From Entomortierella parvispora E1425 (taxonomy: Eukaryota; Fungi; Mortierellomycota): a stretch of 64,000 bases of DNA. Position 1 is the first letter of the stretch, and every line of letters starts with the position of its first letter. The stretch spans positions 992,001-1,056,000 of the forward strand of contig BQFW01000009.1 of assembly GCA_020891255.1 (NCBI GenBank), written 5' to 3'. A program made the translations under genes and the position numbers. The notes beneath the pieces were generated by a model that searched no databases, had not been told where the DNA came from, and saw only the letters and a program-made list of their open reading frames with translations. Of the stretch, positions 53,187 through 63,228 are shown one piece after another.

Positions 53187-54500
53187 TCATTTTTTGAAGG
53201 ATGCCATCATTTCAGCGAAGGCCTTAGCTTGCAGCATGAGGGCCTCTGCCGTCTTAGCTGCAGCCTCCGCCTGAATCTTGGTCGCTTCCGACTGATTCTT
53301 CAAAAAGGCGGAAAGTTCAGCTTGTTGAGCACTCTGGGCAAGATGTCGCCTTTCTTCCGCTTCCATCTTTTCCTGGAATCTCCTCCTTTTTTCGATACGA
53401 TCTTCCTTCCATTCATTGAGATGCTGCTCCTGTAATTTGAAGTGTTGCTCCTGCATTTCTGCTTGTTTCGCTCCATTTGCCATTGCAGCTTGCATGTTCA
53501 AAACCAACTGGGCTTGAGCAGTTTTTCTCTTCAGAGCAGGCGTTCGTGGCTGGTGCGATGCAGTACTTGACTCTGACTCTGTTCCAGATGAAATTCGACC
53601 AGATTGTGTAGGCGAAGGCGAAGAATTATCCTGTATGTCTGACTCCAGTTCATTAAGTATGACATCCAGTGGTCGTTGCCGTGGTGTTGTTGGCGTTGGT
53701 GTTCCGGATCGAGATGAGCTTGGGGACGCAGATCGAGACGAGTTCGGGGTTGATGTTGAAGACAGGGCATACCGAGGTCCAGCTCGAGACCGTTCCAAGA
53801 GTTCTAAGCCATTCGCCTTATTGGTTTCCACGCGTTCCCTTGCCAACATCCTTTGATTGCTCCGTTGCGAGTTTGCCTCTCGAGCTGCAAGCTCATGCTC
53901 ATATACAGATTTGCTGTACTTTAGGACCTCAGTGAGCTCAGGGTTGATTCCTGTACCCGTCTTGCGTCGACGTTCATATTCTTGATAGGCTTTGGACAGG
54001 GCATTCCAGTTCTCCCTACAAGTCCGTGTTGTGACGCCCTCAAAAACTCTTGGTTGTCCTGCCTTCTCTTGATCGTCATCATAGCGATGAAGCTGCACAA
54101 CGACCAACCCCCAAGCCTCTTCTGTCTTGCCATAGCCAGCCGCAAATGGCCTCACAACCTCCAACACCTTGAGAAGCTCTATCTGCAACCTGTCGTTCCT
54201 CTGGAACCCGCGAAATGATGGCTTGGATTTCCTCTGTTTATCCATGGGTACGCTCATAATGTCGGTGGAGGCTTCAATTTCCATTGCAAGAAGGCCGTCA
54301 GCTACGTCCGGCATATTTCCTGTCCCCTCATTTGCCTCGTCTGCATGGACCCCAGAATCAATGTTGGACAGCGATGTATCGTTTGATGTGTTCCTAATTC
54401 CTTGGTTGAGATCAAAGTGGTCCAGATTCCCTTGATTCCTGTCGTCGAGGTGGTTCATGATGGTGGGAGGATGAGAAGGATCAGTGCGTTCTGCCTTCAT
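53187..54500 (-). CDS. Harbinger second ORF, Myb/SANT-like DNA-binding protein with coiled-coil tail
   Basis: ELLKVLEVVRPFAAGYGKTEEAW..TCRENWNAL Trp-spaced helices and a C-terminal E/Q/R coiled coil. Own ATGs at 54500 and 54458. Confidence 0.8.
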   Translation of the reverse strand: MKAERTDPSHPPTIMNHLDDRNQGNLDHFDLNQGIRNTSNDTSLSNIDSGVHADEANEGTGNMPDVADGLLAMEIEASTDIMSVPMDKQRKSKPSFRGFQRNDRLQIELLKVLEVVRPFAAGYGKTEEAWGLVVVQLHRYDDDQEKAGQPRVFEGVTTRTCRENWNALSKAYQEYERRRKTGTGINPELTEVLKYSKSVYEHELAAREANSQRSNQRMLARERVETNKANGLELLERSRAGPRYALSSTSTPNSSRSASPSSSRSGTPTPTTPRQRPLDVILNELESDIQDNSSPSPTQSGRISSGTESESSTASHQPRTPALKRKTAQAQLVLNMQAAMANGAKQAEMQEQHFKLQEQHLNEWKEDRIEKRRRFQEKMEAEERRHLAQSAQQAELSAFLKNQSEATKIQAEAAAKTAEALMLQAKAFAEMMASFKK

Positions 54501-54657
54501 CTCGAACGCGATGCGCGTTTTTTTCACATACAAGCCACACGGTTTTTCCTTCAGAAAGAACGTCCCTCGGCGTACTTTTGAGCAGAAATTTACGTTGAAA
54601 TAGAGTTCAACCTCGCTAAATTGATGACCCAACCTCTTTATTTGATTATTTACGTAA

Positions 54658-54698
54658 AATTGGGCGTGGTTTTCGGGTTGCGAAAAACGTCTTATGTC
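54658..54698 (-). repeat. Right terminal inverted repeat
   Basis: Reverse complement GACATAAGACGTTTTTCGCAACCCGAAAACCACGCCCAATT; 5 mismatches to the left TIR. Confidence 0.9.
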
Positions 54699-55067
54699 CT
54701 GAATCAGCGACGGAGCCAGAGGGACAGTGTGAGCATGAAGGCCCAACGAGCCATACAGCCTTTGAAGCTCAATATTATACGCGGCATGGGTCGCATCATA
54801 TCCACTGACTTGGACGTCCTCATCTTCCTGCCGCTGTTGGAGCTCAGAGTAAAAGGTTGTGTCGTAGCTTACGGTGAGCTCGCGCCACACCAAAGGAGCA
54901 AAGGTACTGAGCCACAGCTTCGAGACCCTGAGGCAAACGGTCAGATCCTGGAGGGGGAGAAAGGAGCCAACTCGGGTTCTGATCTCGGGAAGGTCGAGTG
55001 CATTGTCGAGCATGAAACGAGGGTCGAGATGCGAGAGAAGAGGAATGGACAAACGAAGTGCACTCAT
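54699..55067 (-). CDS. 5' (F-box) half of the split gene, reading in frame into the transposon
   Basis: NALDLPEIRTRVGSFL..CLRVSKLWLSTFAPLVW F-box; host sequence ends at codon CAG (target site, 54699-54701). Confidence 0.85.
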
Positions 55068-55149
55068 TCATGTTAGCGACTGGCCAAAAAAAAAAAAAGG
55101 GTGGCTGAGCGAGGATGTGACGCCACCAATTTTTTTTCAACAAGGTCAT

Positions 55150-55458
55150 TCATCCTGGCTTTCTGTACCGCCCTTCAGGCTTGTTCTGGTGAGAGATAGG
55201 ATTGTGTCCCATAGTCATCAGCCCTCCTTCTAAACATTTCAGACTTGGCACATCCTCTGCCCCCATGCTCTCATCGCCTATGAGCCAGACCAGCTCCAGG
55301 CTCTTCAGGCTCCGCAATAGTGTGAAACCCATGTCCAAGGTGAAAGGTAGATCTTGCATGACCACGATCTGCGTCGACGGGTTCCCTTTGGCCGTAGCCG
55401 GTGAGGACCTCTGAAGATCGGCGTTCGGATCCAAGGTGCTTTTGTTGATCCAGCGCAT
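55150..55458 (-). pseudogene. C-terminal remnant of another F-box/LRR gene
   Basis: QDLPFTLDMGFTLLRSLKSLELV..MGAEDVPSLKCLEG resembles the family C-terminus but lacks the usual W-M-x-x-x-W segment. No matching N-terminal part was found upstream. Confidence 0.6.
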
Positions 55459-55767
55459 CTGTCTTTTACAGCGGACGACAGACGACCGGAGAAATCATCG
55501 GCAGATAGCTATATCCTTCTTGGTAGTCAAACAGGTCTGCACTTAAGAACTTCTGGTTACCATAGTATCGTCATGAATGCAAATTGGGTGAAGATGAGAG
55601 GTAAGATGGAAGGCAGGCGCGCTGGTACCAGTCTAATACTCTTGCAGCAATTGAACACCGAAAGGCAAGAGCGAAATGGTTTTCGTACAGAATTTTATTT
55701 TGATTGATTATTGAAAACTGGATGGTACAAATGCAAATGAAAGAAAAAAATAGGGATGAAGACGAGC

Positions 55768-56774
55768 TCAGGCACGGCTGGTCAAGGCAGCATGGGCCTC
55801 GGCAAGCTTGGCCTCGAGCTGTGCGATACGCACGCTCTGCTCAGCCTCCTTAACCAAGTGACCGTTCTTCTCAGTCTCGAGAACAGCAACCTTCATCGTC
55901 AGACGCGTGTTAGTGGTCTCAAGTTCAGCGACCTTGGACTCCAGGGTCTCGAGCTTGACCAGCTTCTTCAGACGCGAACGACGAGCGGCATCCGTGTTCT
56001 TGGCACGCTTGGCAACAATCTCGTCCGTCTCATCCTCGGGGGAGAGGGAGCGCTTCTTCTGGGCCCTGTTGGCATCCAGAGTAGCAGCAGATTCAACGGG
56101 CTCGACCTTAGGCACCACAATGGTGGGAACAGTGTTCAAAGAGACTGGGGTCGAGTGGTTGGCAGCTTGCGCCATGACGGCCAGCTCCAGATCGTGGCTC
56201 CAAGGGATGTTCAAGGCCGCAGCGGCTTGCTGAACAGCAGCAGTCGTCAAGGCAGGGCGGGCTGACTTGATCTGGGCAACTGGGGCAGCGACGACGGGGG
56301 GAACGGGAGCAGACATCTCCTGAACGGGGAAAGTTAAGGGCATATCAAAGAGTGAGGCACCAATTGTTGAACCATAGCTGTCAAAGCCCAAGACGGGGGA
56401 ATCGTCCGTGGCAGTGAAAGGGCTAGAGGAGAGCGAGAGTGCAGGAGAATCATCGCCTGCAAGCAGACCGAACTGGAAGTCCGAGGCCAACCATTCATCA
56501 AAGCCGTTGACTCCGTTTGAGACGGAGACAGGCGAGAGGAGGTTGTTATCGACGGTGCCTACAGCGGCAGCAGAGGGGATCTTGCCGACTGTCGATTGGA
56601 ATAGAAAAAATTCAAACGCAATTAGAAAGGGTCTAGAATAGAACGGTTTTTGAGATTTTGGGCAGACAGATCAAAGGACTTACACTGGGCAAGGGCGGAC
56701 TCGAGCGAGTCGGCCGATTTGGTGAGCTTGGGGTTGGTCGTATCAAACATTGGAAAATCGATGGAGAACGACAT
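55768..56774 (-). CDS. bZIP transcription factor, GCN4/CpcA-like; intron 56589-56683
   Basis: Basic region KRAKNTDAARRSRLKK plus leucine zipper. Exon 1 MSFSIDFPMF..ALAQ F|GKIP joins in frame; uORF-containing leader. Confidence 0.88.
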
Positions 56775-56814
56775 ATCGGGGAGATTCAAAGGTTGAAGCT
56801 TGGGAAGCGGTTGC

Positions 56815-56928
56815 TTAGGAGTGTAAGGATAAAGGATATACTACGATATTATTGTAGTCGATGTTGATGATGCTGATATTGTTGTAGTTGTTGATAAAAA
56901 TCGTGGTGGGGGCGATTGAGGAAACCAT
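56815..56928 (-). promoter_or_regulatory. uORF2 (37 aa) in the bZIP leader
   Basis: GCCACCATGG context; MVSSIAPTTIFINNYNNISIINIDYNNIVVYPLSLHS*, ending 40 nt before the main ATG. Confidence 0.75.
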
Positions 56929-57075
56929 GGTGGCTAGCTTTGGGGGGACCGTAAAGGTGCGTAATAGATAGGTGGGGGACTGGGGGGGTGCGCGATGCGA
57001 GGGGGAGGTAAAGTCTTATTTTTTTTTTTTTCTGTCTGGTGCGAGTGGGGGGGTGTGTACACGAGGTACTGGCGT

Positions 57076-57096
57076 TTAAGCGGAAAGGGAGGCCAT
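57076..57096 (-). promoter_or_regulatory. uORF1 (MASLSA*) in the bZIP leader
   Basis: AACATGG context; short Met-Ala uORF; no other ATG between it and uORF2. Confidence 0.75.
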
Positions 57097-58564
57097 GTTG
57101 GCAAACTCAAGGGTGCAGGTGGAAGAAAAGGGGTTTTAGAAGGGTGGAGAATACGTCCACAAAAAAAGAAGGCAGAAGGTGGGAAAAAAAGTCAAAAGGG
57201 AGCTAAAGCTGACTGCTGTGTTGTTGTGGAAAGGTTGAAAGAAAAGTGAAGAGTGAAGCGAAAGAAGTAAAGAAGGAGAAGAGAAGAGAGAAGAGAAGGA
57301 GAAGAAAAGGCAGAAAGAGACCTGAGAGCAGGAAGAAAGGAGCGGACCCGCGCGATGACTCTTTTCATTAAGGGCATTATCGGACGAATCCGCGCTGTGT
57401 GATTGGCGGGATGGACATCTTCTCGGCGTGCCTGTCTGTTCTGCGCCGCTTTTTTTCTTTGTTTCTGGCCCTCCCTGACAATTGCTGGCTTCAGCTTCTG
57501 TTCCTGTTGTTCAGAGAAAAGACAGCCAATGGACCCCTTTGTAGCTGTAGTTGTAAAAAAAAAAAGGCCCCTTGTGCCTTTTGGCCAACACACGATAACA
57601 AAAGTTGTCTTTATCACACAGCAAAGCCGTCCCTGAAAACCCGCGCAATCTCATCTTTCCACCCACAGAGCGCTGAACATCGGAGATCCAAACGACCTCC
57701 TCGGTGTGTGGTGTGGAGATTGAGTTTCGGTCTCTGTCTTGTCTGGTGTGGTCTAGGTCTGCGCCCAATCTTCATTCTTTGTTTTCCTATCCCCTCCGTT
57801 TTTAGGAACAAGCGCTCGCCACGCGATAGCGCGCGCATCCGCACCATCATTGCACGGGTAGCCTAGAGAAACGCAGGGGATGTCTGTGCGCTGAATGACC
57901 GTATCACCTCCAGATGCAGAAGGACGAACCTCGCTGGTCTCCTCCATTCAAACTTGTCCTGAGCCCTGCCGATCACTTCGAGGCTGCATTTTGTCGAACA
58001 GCATTCCATTTGGACCAAGCACGGAAACATTCACAGTGACCAGTACTGTACTTTCCTCTCCTCAATTCGCCCGAATTGCCATTGCAGGACCCTTGCAAAA
58101 TGAACGGGGCCCTTTGTTTGCCCTTCTCTGTTTTTGTCAAAATCGACAGCCAGTCAACTGTTGTGCCACCTTCAACGCCCATTTTTGCTTTTTTTTACGT
58201 ATATGGACGCTCACACAACCAACCATGAGATCTAAAAGGATTTGAGTGAGGCAAGCATGCAAGGCGAGAGTTGGCACATAGCATCCGTAAGGTCCTTATT
58301 TTCAATGGTCATGAAAAATAAGGGTATCGCTTGGCGCACAAAAACAAGTATAAAACCAACCTGGCCTAGCGTGGCGGCCCAAGCTTCCCACAGCCCATCT
58401 CTTATCCACCGCCGAAGATCTTAATCCCAGCGACATTTCCTGCACAAGAGGTAGAGGTGCTTCTGGTGCTTCATAATTGAACCAAACTTGTATATGGACT
58501 CTACTGCATATCTTGATAGAGCAGACACGATGTTTACAATTTTTTTCTGTTGCATAGAAACAAA

Positions 58565-59299
58565 ATGACAGTTGACAACGTCTGTTCCATGCCTGTCGCC
58601 ATCCTTGATCAAACACACGTCAAGAACATTGGGCACTTTGAGATATGCTGCGACCGTGCCATGTACCTCAAGAACGAAACCTGTCTCTCCGAGGCCGAGG
58701 TGACAGAAGCCATCGATGCCGCTCAGTCTGTGTTAGATATTATCCAGAAGTATCTCTACTTTCGAGTTTTGAAGAACTGCACCCTGATGCACTTTGATCT
58801 CAAGAGTGGCAAAAAAGTCCTGATCAAAGTCAGAGACCAGTACTGGTCCGAATGGAAAGTTCTGGATGATGAAAGAGCAGAAAAATGGAACCTCTACCTG
58901 GATGAAAAGGACCGACTTGAGGAGGAAGCGGAAAGGAAGGCGGCCGAGGAACAAGGTATCGAGTACGCTGCCATTGTTGATTCGGACGATCGTAGCACTT
59001 GTTTGATGCATAGTCACTACCTGTCCAGAACCTACATCAAGGAGATCGGCCACTTTCAAGTCTCCTGTGATCGCCCCATGTACTTGAAACGCGAAACCGT
59101 TCTTTCGGATTGTGAGGAGAAAGAAACAATGGACGCAGTCCATCGTATGCTCGACGCTTCACAGAAGCATTTTTTCTTTGAGACGCTGAAGACGATTCAA
59201 TTCATGAAGGTATGGACTAAGCGTGACAAGCTCGTCTTGGTTCAGATCAAGCCAGAATACTGGAAGCAATGGAAGGAGGCCGAAGATAGGCGGTTGTAG
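58565..59299 (+). CDS. Intronless hypothetical protein made of two tandem copies of a ~100-aa domain
   Basis: IGHFEICCDRAMYLKNETCLS..IQKYLYF..VLIKVRDQYWSEWK versus IGHFQVSCDRPMYLKRETVLS..SQKHFFF..VLVQIKPEYWKQWK. Confidence 0.75.
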   Translation: MTVDNVCSMPVAILDQTHVKNIGHFEICCDRAMYLKNETCLSEAEVTEAIDAAQSVLDIIQKYLYFRVLKNCTLMHFDLKSGKKVLIKVRDQYWSEWKVLDDERAEKWNLYLDEKDRLEEEAERKAAEEQGIEYAAIVDSDDRSTCLMHSHYLSRTYIKEIGHFQVSCDRPMYLKRETVLSDCEEKETMDAVHRMLDASQKHFFFETLKTIQFMKVWTKRDKLVLVQIKPEYWKQWKEAEDRRL

Positions 59300-59955
59300 G
59301 GGTAGAACCCCATGATCGACGAAGAGGCACTTTGACTTGAAGCAAGTTGAGAGAGGCGTTTGAAGAATGAGAAAGTCCGAGAAAATTGAACATTGGCGAA
59401 ATAAACTGGGAATAGAACATTTGAATATGCCAAGAGGATAAGGAACGTGGCCGCGCGAATCAAGAGGCGAGTGTAGAATCCACTTGTCTTTTTTTTCTTC
59501 GCCTTTTTTTTTCTTGTCAAAGGTCCCTCGCAAACGTGGGAGATTTATTATATTCAAGTTGTAAGCGTCGGGGGGCCACCACTTTGGACGCCCTGCTTGC
59601 CCAAGTGAAGACTATCCTAAAGTGCTTTCTGTGGTATACCCTCCTTTGGTAATCCTACGTGCCTCTTGTATCCATCGAAGCGACCTCTGGGGTGGCGTCA
59701 ACCGATTTCCGCACTTTCTTCTTGCTTCCATCAGGCCCTGTCCTCAAAGCGGATTTTCCGTCCATTCAGACTGGCATTCTCCGGTCCCTCATGACAACCC
59801 ACATTCCTTTTTTTTTTTTTTTCCCGTTCTCCAGCGCCACCAGCGCCAAGCACGTGCCGTTATCACGTGATCAGCACATATGGTCATTCAAAGAGGACTG
59901 GCTTTCAAGTTAATCAAAAATTCGTAGCCAATCAGATTCAATGATTGATTGCATA

Positions 59956-60028
59956 GGAGGATTGGCGCAATTGGCAGCGCGTCCGTCTCCAAAGCGGAAG
60001 GTCGGGAGTTCAAGTCTCTCATTCTCCA
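59956..60028 (+). tRNA. tRNA-Trp (CCA), intronless
   Basis: Complete cloverleaf: GGAGGAT/ATTCTCC acceptor stem, GCGC D-stem, loop CT-CCA-AA, GGGAG-TTCAAGT-CTCTC T-arm, followed by a TTTTT Pol III terminator. Confidence 0.95.
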
Positions 60029-60200
60029 TTTTTGTTTTTGTACTTCTCCCGATTGGTGGCGCGAAATATCACGTGCTGCAGCAGGATTGGCTGATTTTTG
60101 AAAGCAGCCACCAAACAACAAAAAAAAAAAGAAAGAGCTTGCCCCTGCAGGGACATGCATCTCTCGACAACTCTTCCTTCATCCCTCGAGTCATCTCATT

Positions 60201-63011
60201 ATGTCCTCGGCATCGTCCAACCTGCAGCTCTGGAAGGAGTACCGCATCCCTCTGGTCTGCTTAGCCCTCGGTGTTGCCACTCTCTCCATCGTTCTCTCAA
60301 ATAAGAACAATGCCTCCTCGGACGATTCCAACAACGATGCCAAGGATAAGAAGACCAAGGTCGACAAAATTGTCAAGGACATGGAGCAGGACCTTACTAT
60401 CCCCGACCTATCCCAAGAAGCGACTGCCAGAGTGGTTGAAAGCGCAACCGCGGACCAAAGACCTCTTCAGCATCAGGGTCTTAAGAAGGCCGACTTTCGC
60501 AAACTCCCGAAGGTGATCCGTAAGAAGCCGAAGAAGAAGCAGGCTGAGTTGGATGCTGCCCCAGCAGCTTCTGGTTGCTGTGGAGGCAAGAACAAGCCCG
60601 AGGGTGATAATTCAACTGGATGCTGTGGCGGAAAGTACAAGTCCAACGACGCTGCTGCTGAGAATGCTGTAGTCTCATCTGGCTGTGCATGCTCATCCAC
60701 TGTCGAGCAAATCCCTGCCCCTGTCTTGGCCAAGATCGATCCCTTGTTGTTGCCAGAGCTGATCGAGCCCATGAAGATCTTTTTCAGTACAATTACCGGA
60801 ACTGCCAAGGTCTTTGCTCAGCAGTTGGCCGCCTCTGCTGTCGCTCGTGGATTGCCTCAACCAAAGTTGATCGATATTGTGGACTATGATACTGAGGACT
60901 TCTTGACGGAATCCAGCCTCTCCATCTTTATTCTTTCTACTTACAATGTGGAGGGACCAAACGATTGGTTCTTGAAGTGGCTCGAGGATACCCGATTCGA
61001 CTGGCGTGTTCAGAAGGAGTCTTTGAGCAAGCTCAAGTTCTCAGTGTTTGGCTTGGGAGATTCTGCCTATGGCGAGGAGTTTTGTAACGGACCTCGATCT
61101 GCTGACAAGTGGCTCGGACAGATGGGGGCGCAGCGTGTGTGGCCATTCGGCGAAGGAGACAAGAACGGAGGTAAATCTGGTTCACTGCTGACATTGCGAC
61201 ATTGCGATGTGCATGTTGTTTAACTTGAAGGAGATATTTACGTCATTTCTACTTGTTCTATTTAGACCAAGGCGGTGCATTCAAACAATGGAATGACGCT
61301 CTCTTGGCATCTCTTTTGGACCCTAACCAGAGCCATACTCATGAGGCCTACTTTTCATCGGACGAGGAAGATGGCGCTTCAGCTTCTGAGCACGACGACG
61401 ACGATGAGGTCGATGAAGATGGCGAGCCTGTGAAAAAGACCAAGGAAGAGAAGCTGGGATTGCCCACAATCGACGGAGGCGATGCTTCTGAAGGCGAGAT
61501 GGTCGACCTTGAGGATATGGGCAATGTTGCTATCAAGATCAAGCAGGCCAAGGAGGAGAAGGCTTTGGATGAGGAGGCCTATGCCAACCAGAATGTCCGT
61601 GCCAAGCGCAGCGTTGGTGAGACTAAGGACGGAAAGGCCCTCAAGGTCCGTGAGGTCCGCGAGATGGTCAGCCCCTTGCTTTACAAGTCTTTGACTAAGC
61701 AAGGATACAAGATTATTGGATCGCACTCTGGTGTCAAGATCTGCCGCTGGACCAAGGCCGCTCTTCGTGGACGCGGTTTCTGTTACAAGCACTCTTTCTA
61801 TGGAATCCAGTCGCATCTTTGCATGGAGACCACTCCATCCCTGGCCTGTGCCAACAAGTGTGTCTTCTGGTAAGTTGAATATTACTTGACTAACCATGTG
61901 GATCTATGATCTGAGAACTAATTCCTATTTTCTGTACTCTAGTTGGAGACATCACACCAACCCTGTCGGCACTGAGTGGAGATGGAAGGTTGACGATCCC
62001 GAGTTCATTTTGGAAGGTGCTTTGGATAACCACTATGGAATGTTGAAGCAGCTTAAAGGAGTTCCCGGTGTCCGTGCTGATCGCTTTGTCGAAGCTCAGC
62101 AAGTCAAGCACTGCGCCTTGTCCCTTGTTGGAGAACCTATTTTCGTAAGTTTTTATTAATTTTTTTTTAAAAAAAAATTGTTTGCAGATTTATCATTTGG
62201 TACTAACCAGTCTTTGCTCTGTAACTCATGTCGTTACTAGTACCCTCATATCAACGAATTTGTGAAGTTGCTCCATAAGAAGCATATTTCCTCGTTCTTG
62301 GTGACAAACGCTCAGTTCCCAGATGCCATCGCCAACATGGATCCCGTTACTCAACTTTATGTTTCTGTGGACGCCTCGACCAAGGAGTCACTCAAAAAGA
62401 TTGATCGACCTTTGTTCCGTGATTTCTGGGAGCGTTTCTTGGACAGTTTGGACGCTCTTGGCAAGAAGGGACAGCGCACCGTGTACCGTCTGACGCTCGT
62501 CAAGGATTTCAACACGGACGAGATTGCCAACTACGTGGAGCTCATCCGTCGAGGCCAGCCTGACTTTATCGAGATCAAGGGTGTGACCTACTGCGGATAT
62601 GGAGGAGCTTCAGGACTGACTATGGCCAACGTCCCCTACCACGCTGAGGTGGTTCGGTTTGTGGAGTTGATTCAGGAACAGTTGGGCGCCGGTTACGAGA
62701 TTGCAGCAGAGCATGCACACTCATGTTCCATTTTGGTCGCGAGCACAAAGTTCAAGAAGGGCGACAAGTGGTATACCCATATTGACTACGACAAGTTCTT
62801 TGAGCTGGTCGAGTCTGGCCAGAAGTTCACAAGCTTGGATTATATGGCAGAGACTCCTGAGTGGGCCTACTTTGGAGCACCCGAGGGCGGCTTTGATCCC
62901 GAGGAGACGCGCTATTTCAGAAAGACTAAGGAGCAGCGCAAGATCGAGCGGGAGAGACGCGAGGAAGAGGAGGAGCAGCAGCAAGACGACGAGGAAGAGG
63001 ATGACGAGTAA
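60201..63011 (+). CDS. TYW1: tRNA 4-demethylwyosine synthase (flavodoxin + radical SAM), 4 exons
   Basis: N-terminal TM, flavodoxin (STITGTAK, VFGLGDSAY), GSHSGVKICRWTK, CANKCVF|CWRH radical-SAM motif, HCALSLVGEP, IEIKGVTYCG. Confidence 0.95.
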
Positions 63012-63228
63012 GCCAAAGCTGAGGCCTACCATGTATTTTTCCGTAATAAATCATCATTCATATCATCTCTTGTTCAACTGCAAGGTTTTATATACATATA
63101 TAGGGTATGGGGTATGGGGCATGGGTCTAGTATTCTATCCAGTCCAACTGGAAACCACAACGATGACCATGTTATCTCAGGGGGTTATGACTTGTCAACG
63201 GCAGAAGGAGGTAATCCAATAGCTTCCT

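Larger units (their letters stand above)
51758..54698. mobile_element. PIF/Harbinger DNA transposon, apparently complete (2,941 bp)
   Basis: 41-bp TIRs (36/41 identical), CTG direct repeat on both flanks, and convergent transposase and Myb/SANT-like ORFs: the canonical two-gene Harbinger layout. Confidence 0.93.

Noticed and set aside
51800-54660. Harbinger spliced out as an intron to rescue the F-box gene
   Set aside because: The best donors near the right end (GTAAAT, GTACGC) are phase 0 while the AG acceptors near the left end are phase 2; no in-frame pair was found by eye.
51762-54694. Alternative element boundaries with a TTA target duplication
   Set aside because: Removing the element at TTA leaves the host gene frameshifted, and the inverted match extends beyond it. 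CTG boundaries restore the frame exactly.
56775-56843. Long non-AUG N-terminal extension of the bZIP, as in Pezizomycotina cpc-1
   Set aside because: An in-frame TAG at 56841-56843 lies only 22 codons upstream of the ATG.
59300-59490. Charged, protein-like continuation after the duplicated-domain ORF with several stops (RIP-like decay or readthrough)
   Set aside because: Every stop codon is C-to-T compatible by definition, and the stop density is not distinguishable from ordinary 3' UTR.
59982-59998. UGA-readthrough tRNA-Trp with a 4-bp anticodon stem
   Set aside because: The stem has 5 pairs (U27-A43 intact, U31-G39 wobble).
60571-60700. Repeated GCCGG Cys motifs in Tyw1 as a novel metal site
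   Set aside because: Similar GCC repeats occur, as I recall, in yeast Tyw1, so they are unlikely to be new.
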